Assembly (NCBI RefSeq): GCF_001194135.2
Contig: NC_068988.1
Location: 13,597,459-13,661,458 of the forward strand
Origin: Octopus bimaculoides
Lineage: Eukaryota
Reading direction: 5' to 3'
Length of the DNA stretch: 64,000 bases
In this document: in pieces, positions 1 to 11,578 of the stretch
Numbering within the stretch: the first letter of the stretch is position 1
How the letters are laid out: each line of letters starts with the position of its first letter
The notes under the pieces: model-generated
What the model was told of the DNA's origin: nothing
The model's input: only the letters and a program-made list of their open reading frames with translations
Databases searched by the model: none
Made by a program: the position numbers and the translations under genes

Positions 1-1169
1 ATCAGTAATTACAGACTGCTAGTATTCTTTTAACCAGTAATCTAATATCTGCAACATTGATTTATCTAACAAATCTCTATGCCGTATTTCATAAATATAA
101 AATGACTCCTTAAGCCAGAGTGAAGATAATTTGGGGAAAATGGTTTTGAATAATAGGGTTTATTAAATTAACAAGGCTTCTCTTTTCACAGATTGGAGAA
201 AACAAGGGCATCTACTGATAAATATTTGATTCAAATGGTTATGAAATAAAAGTAAAAAAAGATATTTCATACAGCAAAATTTTGTCAAAATATATATCAG
301 GTTAATACAGAATAAAACAAATTCTAGTTTTATACTTTAGCTAAAGATTCTGGTTCTACATCATATTTTTCATCTATAAAATATGATTAATTGGAATCTA
401 ACAAAATAAGTGAAACTAAAACTTACTATACATATAATCAGAAAGATTGATGGTAGTTGAAATTTAATGTTCACAAGAGCAGAAAAGTCTTAATTTGATA
501 TCAAATTCATACACTACATTTCAGTCCACTTCAGGGATAATATTTTTACATTCCTTTGAGCAATTATTGACCTTACTGTTGTAATTTACAGGGCAGAGTT
601 ACACAGAACAACTTTCAATAAATTAGGATCACTCATGCAAATGAAAGGATAAAATTCTCAGATAATGCAGCAGATATTTGTGCCTTACAAATAAGTTGTC
701 TGGGTCAGCAGTTCTTAGACTGACAGATACCAAGACCCACCCATCAAAATACTGAAATTCTTAAATATTAGAATTTTTTGATTCTATCCTTTCTTTAAGG
801 AGAGGACAAAATAGAATTTGCATCCATATAATTCTTCTTTCTTTTGCCAAGGTATTGGGCAAATTTGAAAAGTTGGAAACCATCTTAAAATGGTGGTCTG
901 TTTGCCCCTTTTAAATCCTCACAAGCCTTCTCCAATTGGAAACATTAGTTTAGATGACATTGTTTAGCATTTCAATAGCCCTATTGGTGCAGAAGGGTTT
1001 TGGCTGTTATAAACACCTGATTATGCTCTCCTGAGGAAAACAGATATTTTAATTTAGGCTGTTGGCATATATAGAAATTTCAATTTTTTGTGCTTTATAT
1101 GGGTATTAAGCCTAAATATGCTTACTGGAGCCTGGTAAAACGTACTTGTGTTAATACAATGGATAATAA

Positions 1170-1260
1170 AAAGGTAGATGACATCTACCTCTTCTCCACT
1201 GGCTCTTTCCCAGGCTCATAAGTATAAACAGCTTCTATTTTCTTCTTGGCATAGCTCTAA
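1170..1260 (-). mobile_element. Short decayed CR1/L2-like reverse transcriptase fragment
   Basis: Minus strand reads SCLYL*AWERASGEEVDVIYL, resembling the RT motif 'RSC.TNL...W....G..VDVIYLDF'. Confidence 0.4.
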
Positions 1261-1605
1261 TATGTAAGCAGTTCTCAAAGCCAATGAAGGAACTAAAACA
1301 AATATACTTGACTATTTTGTTAAAAATATCAACAATTTTGTTTAAAAATATTTCAATAATTACCCTTCATCTTCTAGGAAAAAAAAAAAGAAAGATTAAA
1401 AGCTATAAGTGAATAAATATTGGAAAAAGAAAAAAAGGAATTATAAAGAAACTGGTGAAAATTGTTTTATTCGAAAGGAATTTAATAAAGCTTGTAAATT
1501 ATGAAAAGACAAAATATATCCCAATCTAAACAATTAGTATGTGATAAGATGAAGAAAGATACGAAACAAATTAAAACAAAAATAATAAAGGAAGAGTATT
1601 TATGA

Positions 1606-1609
<4 letters not shown>

Positions 1610-1642
<33 letters not shown>
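1610..1642. repeat. (TA)n microsatellite
   Basis: Direct reading. Confidence 0.95.
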
Positions 1643-1646
<4 letters not shown>

Positions 1647-1739
1647 CTGATTGGCTGTTGACTCATTAATATTCTAGCAGTTGTGTATCTTCGTTTAAAT
1701 ATTGGTCTTATAATCAAGAAATGATGATGGGTTAGACTG

Positions 1740-2800
1740 GTTTCTAGCTATCACGCTATTAGTTACTTACATATCATGCTTACATGCATCTTTACATCTC
1801 AGCTGCAGGGAGCCTTTGTCCCTTCATCCAGATATCAGTTCACCACAGAACAGGTGTTTTAGAATGCAACCATCACTCATGTGATGACCATATATATTAT
1901 AACACATAGAGCTTGCAGAGTTAAGAGAATTTACTATCATTAGCACTGGAAAATGACTATAGAGGGGCTGTTCACCCTGGCAAGTACAGTAATGGGGCAG
2001 ATCCTGACCTGCTATTTGATCTCAGGGAATTTTTGCCAACATTTCATATGAAATATTTGAAGATTGTGCTTTTGTGAAGAGTATCTCACCATTGTACAGA
2101 AGTGCATTGGCAATAGTTCTTATACACATTGAATTTTGTAGATGCTTTGAGCTACTGATTACTTATCTTCCCGTATTTTCATAGGTTCTGAGAGATGTGG
2201 CTTTGCCAATGCACTTGATGATTTCTGCTTTTAGGGCGAGGTTACCTGTAACAGCGGAGCCAAAATATAGAAACTTGTGGACCACGTCCAGTTCCTCACT
2301 TCAATCTTAATGATGGAGTTCCATGACCCTTGTTTTGGGTCTTGAAACTGATTGTGAGAACAGTCTCAAGAAGTGACTGATCACATTAGTTTTGATCTTT
2401 ATTCTGGCTATATTGAAGAGCCAGGCATCAGACCTTGAGTACAGATGGAGATCATTGGCTGAGGAATTGAATGCAGGCTTCAGGAGCAGAGCAAAGGAAT
2501 TATCAAAAAGTGGTGGGCAGGGTCATATCTTTGCTTTACTCCACACTTCACTTGCTTAGGTGGGCAATTAATGAGTAGTAAAATATTAAACAAGCCATCT
2601 CTACTTATGAAGTAAATGGATTAAAGACTCAGTACAGTGAATGATTCTACCCTCAACACTTTTCTTGAAGCTGGTGCAGTAAAAATATCATGTCTACATA
2701 AGTAGACCTCTTTTTGGTACAGAAATCACATTGTGATGTAGATGTACTCTGTCTGTAAGTTTCTAAAACCTTTGCAAAACTATTTGAGCAAAGAGTACTG
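1740..2800 (-). mobile_element. Decayed RTE-clade LINE (RT and C-terminal region)
   Basis: Minus-strand peptides SQCDFCTKKRSTYVDMIFLLHQLQEKC, LFNIARIKIKT, VVHKFLYFGS..AEIIKCIGKA and LFCGELISG..QLRCKDACKHDM match RTE ORF motifs in the correct order; many stops and frameshifts. Confidence 0.8.
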
Positions 2801-3989
2801 ACTATAACAAGAGGTATGATTGTAATTGTGGCAATTATTTTCTTCACTTTTGTTCTTTTGTACAGTATGACAATTTTCTTGTAATTATTGCAAAAATATA
2901 TTTGCAACAATGTAATTACATCTAAATAATAAAGACATATTGAAAATAGCACTTCAAAAAGGCAACAACATATTCTTACATAGGCATGAAATCAGCAATT
3001 TGAGTAAAGAAAAATGTAAGGTTATGTTGTTCATTCTTTTCCCAAGTGTATCAAGAACTCAGCTCACTAGGAACTTACCTCTGAGTATAAGAAATGTGAC
3101 ATGAAAATTGAACTGAGTTGTGCAAAGTAGAGAGTCAGTAGTGCTAATAAACATTTAACTATAAGCTAAAGCATAGAATATTTATTAAGGGATTGAGAAA
3201 GTTTTAATTTAAAAGCTTAAATAACAATATAGTATCAAATGTTTTTGAAGAAAAAAAAATGGAAAAATATTGCAATGTATATAATGAAAATAGATTCAGG
3301 TAAGCTGTTAGTGAGTCCCAATTAGGGTCATTTCATTTATATTATTAAAGCTCAGGAGAAAAGCATGAACATTACACAATCACATTTCTTCTATTCAATA
3401 AATTAAATACTGTAACTAGGAAAACAGGGTAATATAATTGACTATATAAATATTCAAGGCCAGAATCCAAACAAAAGTTCATAGGGATGATTTTAATTAT
3501 TATAATTTGCAAATAGATGATACCAGCTGACAGGATAAGTACTATATAATGATACCAGAGAGTATTAATATTTGTAATAGAGGCTGATTATGAAGTATAT
3601 AGGAAGAATGAAGAGGTCTGACCCAGCAATTTTAGACCTCACAGTAGAGATTATGCATGATTGAAAAGAATGGCTATGTACTATACAGCATATATCTTCA
3701 GCTTATAGGAGTATGAAAAAATATAGGTATTAAAACAACAATGATCATAATGATGAGACTTGCAACTGGTCAGGAGATATTTAACAAGCGCTGATGGAAA
3801 ACAGTTGGGTCTATAAAAAAGTGATCAACAAGAAAATATCTATCAAGGAGATATGGTGTAAAAAAAATGTTGGCGTTGCATACATAAAAATGCTTATATA
3901 TGATGATGATGATGTTTTTAAGTGGAGCCTTAAATTGGATATTCTCAAATGTAGAAATGTTAGTGCAAAAGTAATCAAGGAATGAACAA

Positions 3990-5000
3990 CTATCACACAA
4001 ATCCAGTTTCGTTTTATGCCAGAATATAAAACAATAAATCATATATTTCATCTGTGCCAATTATTAGGGAAATATTTAGAAAGCAAAATGCACATACATT
4101 TCACAACTGAAAAATGTATTTGCTTAGGTTTCAAAACAATATTACAAATAAAAGAAATCAAGTAGAAGATAGAAAGTAAAGTTGTAAATGAATGCAAAAG
4201 AATATGACAAATAGTGTAAAATTAAGTGGTAACAAGGAATTTGGTATAAATCACAAAACAATCTAATTTTATATTAAAAAAAAAAAAAAAAATTTTTTGC
4301 AGGTTTTAAAACCTGATAACAAGCTTCAGATAGAGAGGAGATAATTCTGAGTTACATAAGAAGTTTGAAACACGTATATGATAAATTTAAGGCATAAGAT
4401 TGATGGGATTAATAATTTTAGGTGGTGATGTATGCTAGAAAGTGATATAAAGCTTTCACAACAAGATAGACTAATGTGTAAGTAAGAATTTAATATTATA
4501 TAAGCAGCGGAAATGGTTACATCATTTCATGCAACAAAGTATCAACATTTTCCCTGTTTCAAAAGAAGTGATAAAACAGCACAAAACAAAACAAAAGGTC
4601 CAAGTTTAGAGAACTTCAGTTATGATGATAATTCAACCAAAATTAATGGACACATTGTGAAAATTTTATAATATTAGTGTAAGGGACAGTGATATTATAA
4701 CACATAGAGCTTGCAGAGCTAAGAGAATTTTTGGCTTCACAAAGAATGGATGGATACAATCTGTATGTTATAATGAAGTAATGGCATTAGGTGCTGCTAG
4801 CAAGAGTGAATATTCAGATATATGATCAAATTATAAATGTATATGATGAAAGATTATCTAGAAATATAGGAAACAGTTTAGTATGGTTTTGCCTAGCCTA
4901 TTACAAATGGAAAAAGTGTTGGGGTTCACAAGAGAAATGAAAAATATTAGGTCAACATATCTCCAATGTAGTAAAGCATCTAATTATGTATATAATATAT
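3990..5000 (+). mobile_element. Highly decayed RTE-like LINE fragment
   Basis: IQFRFMPEYKTINHIFHLCQLLGKYL resembles RTE 'QFGFMPGRST.DAIF..RQL.EKY'; an ELQYDDN string near 4610-4632 resembles the YADD region. Confidence 0.5.
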
Positions 5001-5313
5001 ATACTGATAAAATCGATTCTTTGTATAGACTTAAAAACAATGTTTGTGAACAGCTGGAATCAGCTGATGCCAATAAATTACTGGTATTCATTGATCCTGA
5101 AAGGATGGAAAGTAAAATCAAGTTAAGAGTGAATGAGTTTAAAACTAAACACATCTTAGCCAGTGATCTAAAGCATATTTATCACCCTAATAACAATAAC
5201 TCCAGTAATAACCATTTTTTGAAGGCAAATGTCTGAGGGATAAAATTAAAAAAGAATGGAACAAATTAACAATATATTAACCATAATTTTTTTTAATCAT
5301 TTCTAATCAATGA

Positions 5314-5510
5314 CATCATCATCATCATCATTTAACATCCATGTTCCATACTGGCATGGGTTGAATGGTTTGACAGGATCTGATGTGCCCAAGGACTGCC
5401 TTGAGCTCTAATGTCTGCTTTGGCATGGTTTTTAAGGTTGGACGCCCTTCCTATTGCCAACCACTTCACAGTGTGTATCACACTATCATACTGGATGCCA
5501 TTGATCACTA
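5314..5510 (-). mobile_element. RTE-type 3' tail repeat (…CCATGCCAGCATGG…(GAT)n family)
   Basis: Reverse complement ends aacccatgccagtatggaacatggatgttaaatgatgatgatg; homologous to the copies at 11385, 48440, 50225 and 62340. Confidence 0.75.
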
Positions 5511-5649
5511 CTCTGGGAGAAAAATTTCTATAGAATGAACCACAATGAATTGGAGATCTATGTCAAGTCTTTGTTAGAGGTGTACCTTCAACTGTTTTTG
5601 CATGTAACATTTTACTGTAGGCACAAAGCTACAAAATTATGGGTGTCAA

Positions 5650-6125
5650 GTAAGGAAGTAGTCAATGAAATTGACCTTCATATATTACTGGTACTTTATT
5701 GACTGTTGAAATTTGAACTCGGAATGTGAAGGGATAACTAAATATTACAAGGCATTTTGTCCAAAGCTACTATTTCTACTATTTTTCTATTAATAATTAT
5801 TTCAAATTTTAGCACATAGCCAGCAATTTTAGGGGGAGATTTGTCAATTACATTGACCCTGGTGCTCAGTTGGATGAAAGGATGAAAGGCAAAATCAACC
5901 TCAGAGGGCCTAATAATAATCTCTGATGTAGGCACTGGTGCTCAAATTTCCAAAAGGAGCACAGTTATAAATCTAAACCAGTACTTGACTGGTACTTTAT
6001 TTTATTGACCCAGAAGGATGAAAGTATAATCAACCTCAGCAGAATCTGAGTTTAGAATGTAAAAGGATGTAGCAAAATACCATGATGCACTTTTCTGATG
6101 CTCTAACAATTCTGCCAACCCAACA
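5650..6125 (-). mobile_element. Cluster of about three degenerate partial copies of tRNA-derived SINE family A
   Basis: Repeated ggatgaaaggcaaaatcaacctc / ctggtactttatt..ttgacc segments homologous to the intact copy at 58196-58423. Confidence 0.6.
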
Positions 6126-9100
6126 TCTTGCTATAATGAATAATGCAAAGAAATAACAAAGCACAATGAATTTCATAGTGAGACATATTTGACATGATTA
6201 TGGAGAAACACTGGATAAAGTAGTAGTAATAGTAAGGCAGCTACAATTAAGATTATGTAAAAGTCATAATAGACAAGAAAAAAAGACATTCTAATAAATG
6301 AAATGAGGTTAGGTGAAGAGATAAATATTAAAATTGATACAACAATGGTATAAAAAGAAGCCATTGAGTAAACTTGATTGGACTGTATTATTATTAGATT
6401 CTTAATCTCTTCTGAAAGAACTTTAGTGGATATGAGCCATGTACTTTTGTTTGGTAATAAAATATTACCATATTGTCCCGTTCATTACATATGAACAATA
6501 TGTGTGTAACTGTAGTTTTTGTCATTCTTTCAACTGTATTCAAAATCTTCATTGTTAGATAAAAAAAAAACAAATTGTTACATACTTGAACATAAAAAAG
6601 TGAGAAGAATATGTTAACTTCTGCTGTGCAGCATACATTTTTAAAGATATATCTAATAATTAATGTTGGAATAACGTGCTATATATCTGTTATTACATAT
6701 ATTTCTCAACTTATAACAATAATGTACATTTATCAATGTATAATAATAATGTTTATTCATTAACATATAATAATGGCAAATGACTTTTTTTTAATCCAAT
6801 AGTTAAATGCCAAAGTAAAGAAAGAAATAAAGTTAATTTCAATTAATTCAAATGATTCCCTTCCTTAGAGTCACGAAATAGTTGAAAAGATAACAAAATG
6901 ATGTTGGCAAATGATAAAATTGATATATTACATAAATAGCTATTATGAAAATACTATATGTTAACTGGTGAGGAAGAAACCAGAAACAAATAGAAAAAAA
7001 TTCAATCTAAAATGCCATAAAATTGCCAAAACAGGAACATAGAGAATAAATACAGCAAATAGCAAAATATTTCATTAATAGAAAAAGTGATATAAGGATA
7101 TTTGAAACAGATCAATTTTTTTCTCTTTTTATTTTTTGCATCTATCAGTAACAAGTTGTTCATAGGCAGTGAAGTTTTCAGAATGAAGAAATGATATAAA
7201 ATCATCATTATCATCACAATCATTCAGCTAATCAAATATATTTCCCTGGTTACGTGAAATTTTTTTAATTCCATCTAAAAGTACAATAAAAGACACCTAA
7301 CCCTGTACATGAAATAAAATACACATTCACACATGTAATACTTATATTGTCAGTAGTACTCAAGGTTTGATGTGGTCAATTCATCAGAGACCAATGTACT
7401 TCAAGTAATATAACAACTCATTTGTAAGCCTGATTACATGAGCCATTATCTCATTATTATTTTTGCCAGCCATCATGACTATGTTGCTCACTTCTCAGAG
7501 GCTCTGTTATGCAGCCACAATCATGCAATACAACTTATTTCAATAATATCAGTAGCTAAGAGTGGGCCAAAAGTCATGTGCAGATTAATGAAGGCAAAGC
7601 TGTATTTTATACTTCTATCTAACCAGTTATCCACACATTTATAATCAATAAAATATATTACTAACATAACCAGGAAACTATTAATTTTATTAGAGAATAA
7701 GAAATGGAAAGTTGTGACACTTATTCATTTCCCCACAGCATTAACAATAAAAGCACAGTGGTTCTCATTATAAACAGAAGCTTAATAGAAATAGCTAAAC
7801 TATATATTTACGTGTAATTGCTGAAATATTTATGACATCGAAAATGAACATTCTGTAACATTTCCAATAGCATGCATTTAACACTACCCTAATGCATTTA
7901 TGTAAAAATATGATAAATTAGCATCACATATGAAAAGCAAAAATGCAATAAAGTGAGATAATGCCTTGCAGCAGAATAACAAACTGAACTAGATAATTAA
8001 TTGGTTATACAACTCTAGACTACATTGATTGAGTAGGTTACAGGGTCTTTAGTGGTATTCTCCCACCAGCTCATTGATAGATTTGCACTCCTAACTCCTA
8101 CATTTACGGATTATCACACCTATTCATACTTTTCCTTTTCCCACCTTTCAACTGATCTCTTTTCCTATCTTTATTCATTTCACGTTTCTGTTTTTTATTT
8201 TGTGTCACATTACTCCCCATTTTTAAACTATTTTTTCTTCCCCCCCCCCCCCCACCTACTACTATTCTACAGAAAGGTTCATTACAATAGCACAAACTAA
8301 TGTTTGGAATTTTAGCAAAATACATACAAGCAAAGTTATAAATCAGTCTACTGGTTAGTGAATGTACAAGGTCACCAATCTACAGTGTTCTGTTATTCCT
8401 TACCCCTTGTCAAAGAATATTAATGGGATGGGTCTTCAAGCAGAGACTAAGTGCCAGATAATTAGGGATCTGCAACTGGATGCAACTCCAACAGATAATC
8501 TTCTATTCTCCAATCTTAGAATTAATGAAATTTTCTCCGAGCTTTCTTGCTAATACCAGCTATTTTAGATTTGTAACAGTGCTTGGAATCTAAAACATAA
8601 TTCTGATATCCAATACTGTAACATGTCATAGTGATGTGTGGTTTTGAATTTTAACCCCACACAAGTCATAATTAATTTTAACCTTTAATTACATTGGAGT
8701 TAATCAAATATATTTAAATACTAACATAAAGGATTGAAAATCACACTAAAGCCAAATGAAATTTAGCAGCTGTTCTTGATGTTTAATGAAACTGTTAAAT
8801 GTATTATAGATATGTTCACAGATGAATAGAGTAATCAATCAACAACAGCAAAATACGAATCTAAAGGTTAAAGGCTTATAGTCAACATTATAAAATTGCT
8901 TATAAATGGTTTCCAAATCAATTATCAAGATAAATGCTAGCTACACAATAAGATACTATATCAAATGGAATAACACACTGGGTAAAAAGCAGCTGATTTG
9001 TGGATGTATGTATAGAGTTATATATCAATATTGTTTCACACATTATGTCAGCATATTAGCATTATTGTTAGGTGGTCGATACATCATGCTTGCAATGTCT

Positions 9101-9884
9101 TCATATTCCAATATTACAAAGTCTAAATTAAATGACCTTAGAGTTAATTAAAGCTACAAATCTGGCAAGATTTCAGTGATGTGAGTGTTGCTAAGTATTG
9201 CTAGCATAAAATTCTCATTCAGAACAAAAAAAAGTCTATAAATTTATAAAAATCACTTAATGTTGAACCTTCAAAGTTTAATTTAGGGGAGATTCACTGG
9301 GTTTTAGTTCAACTGGAAAATTGAAATGACAAGGAAATGTGCATTCACATACTTTTATGTAGTAAATAGCTATCTCTGAACCCTATCATCATCTTTCCAT
9401 CATTGATACATCTACTGTATTTCTTCATGCTATTTGTCAAGCCATTTGGATTTCAAAAAACAACTTCCAAATGATTAGAAAAAAGTAAACAAAAATAAGA
9501 TAAAATAAAACAATGATAATTAAACATTGTATGTAGGAATTCACCATTTAAGGAAAGTGAGTAAATTAAATGGAGATTGCAAAGAGGCTGTAAAGTTATG
9601 TAGCAAACAATTCTTTTGAACTTACAAGTGAGAGATCAATAGTCCAGCACCTTAAACCTACAGCTATTGAAAAGCAGTTCATTTCATCAATTATATCTAT
9701 TTTCTCAGTTGAAAAGATATGTTTTATCTAAATTGATATTATATTCAATATCTAAATCTATATATTAGGTAAATTCAATATTTTTGTAATATAGCTAAAA
9801 CATATTTTAGAAACAAATATCAAATTAATGAAAATATGCTTAAAAACAAAACACTTTTTTTCTACTTAAATGGAAAAATGATGT

Positions 9885-9887
9885 TGT

Positions 9888-9924
<37 letters not shown>
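9885..9924. repeat. (TG)n microsatellite
   Basis: Direct reading. Confidence 0.95.
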
Positions 9925-9928
<4 letters not shown>

Positions 9929-10129
9929 ACAAATAAATGATATATTATGATGTAGTCTGGTGAATAGTAAGGAAATTACGTGTATGCTTGTGAGAGCCAT
10001 ACAAGTCATATATAGAAATACTGCCAACAAGGTATGAATTAATAATGGATTCAGCAAGGAATTTAGCATACCTTTACATATCCACAAGGGTTTGATTCTC
10101 AAACCTTTCCTGTTTATTGTAGTTCTCTA

Positions 10130-10720
10130 GGAAATAACAATAGAGTTTAAGACAAGCCATTTGTAAGAGTTCCTTAGCAATGATCTAGTTCTTATAGCTA
10201 CTGAAGATTTAGAAAAGAAATTCCAAATGAGGAAGTAAAATCTAGAATGAAGAGGCATCGAAGTAAACTTAGCAAAGATAAAAATTTTAATAAACAAGAA
10301 AGAGAAGACTCTACTGTCATTTATAAAAATGGCCATGTTCAATATGGAGAAAAGGAGTAAAAATCCACATGGTGTACCATAGATACATGCTCTGGAGGTG
10401 TAACATTGGTATACATGAACAATGGAAAACAAATGAGCTAAGGAATTAGATGTAGTATGCTACAGAGAAGACTGAGCTAGGACAGGCATACAATACTTAT
10501 GGAGGATGAAATTAAGTAAAGAAGTGCCAAGCAATCTAAATGGAAGGAACCTGTAGAAGACTGAGGAAGGTATGGTGATAAAGTAGTGAAAACTGATCTC
10601 AGGAAACTGAACCTCATAAGGAGTTGTGGTAAGTAGTGAGGTGCTCTGTTTGAGAAGATCCATCTAGTCCAAGCAATCATGAAAAAAATGATCATAAAAA
10701 TGGTGATGATAGTGATAAGC
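10130..10720 (+). mobile_element. 5'-truncated decayed RTE LINE in sense orientation
   Basis: EITIEFKTSHL*EFLSNDLVLIA..EDLEKKFQ matches RTE 'AIT.EFKTG.PWELLYADDLVLIA'; ends in an ATG/GAT-rich tail near 10700. Confidence 0.7.
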
Positions 10721-10779
10721 CATATGCATGCTAATCTTGTAATTAACAGTTTAAGAACACTTCCCTATTTTTCTTTCAG

Positions 10780-10951
10780 ATTGCATTTGGAATAGCAATG
10801 TCATTACCTGTTGATGACAGCATACGATTTGGTTTACTTTCCACAACTTGTGTACCAGGAGGTGGTTTGGGACTAAGTATCACGTCTGTCACAGAAGGGG
10901 AGATGAGCCTCAGCATAAGTATGAATGTCATCAGTATGGTAGCAATGTTGG
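10780..10951 (+). CDS. SLC10-family (sodium/bile acid symporter-like) transporter, internal coding exon (phase 0 to phase 1)
   Basis: Acceptor ttttctttcag ends at 10779 and donor G|gtaagt starts at 10952. The 172 nt translate without stops as IAFGIAMSLPVDDSIRFGLLSTTCVPGGGLGLSITSVTEGEMSLSISMNVISMVAML+G, containing the SLC10 C-x-P-G-G and G-[DE]-M-x-L-S motifs. Too short or ATG-less to appear in the ORF track. Confidence 0.92.
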
Positions 10952-11384
10952 GTAAGTATTACTAAACATAAATACATATAGCTTATCATAATATAAAGTT
11001 CCAATATAAACTAAATATAAATTTCACCAAAAAATTAAACAAATCACCATATATATATAGAAAATGTAAGATCTTACATTTGATCTCCCAGAATGAATAA
11101 TTTATGTTTATTCTCATTGGAAACTACAATTTATAAAGCCCCACCCCACATCCATTCCCCAGTTCTGATTCTCCCACACATTCCTTGAGGATCCATCCAA
11201 TTACCTCATCACCACTATTTTTTCCCAGCTCCACCCAATCATCTCCACTTCTAAATTCTGAGTAGCCAAGTAGCTCCTTTACAGCAAGAAACCTGTTCCC
11301 CTTTGGCCCCTTCCCTTATACTTTAATCCCTCATTTCCTAGTATAAAGCCACCTCTCTTTGGGTTTGTAATCTTGCAAGCTGCA

Positions 11385-11578
11385 TGATGTCCTCACTATG
11401 TTGGTGGCATTAAAAATAAAAGCACTTAGTATATGTTGTAAAGTGGTTGGCATTATGAAGGGTATCTAGCCATAGAAACTATGCTAAAGGAGATAATGAA
11501 GCATGATGCAGTCCTTTGACCCATCAAACTGTTTAACTCATGTCAGCATGGAAAATGGACATTAAATGATGGATGCTA
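11385..11578 (+). mobile_element. RTE-type 3' tail repeat
   Basis: gtaaagtggttggcattatgaagggtatc ... catgtcagcatggaaaatggacattaaatgatg, homologous to other copies in the window. Confidence 0.7.

Noticed and set aside
1172-1190. Perfect 9-bp-arm palindrome aggtagatg-a-catctacct
   Set aside because: Coincides with the codons for E-V-D-V-I-Y-L of an RT remnant; likely incidental.
2653-2952. 99-aa ORF as a gene
   Set aside because: Its C-terminal part is a decayed RTE reverse transcriptase motif (SQCDF...DMIF..QLQEKC) with flanking stops.
4883-5236. 117-aa ORF
   Set aside because: Lies in or next to decayed LINE DNA, with no recognisable domain or splice context.
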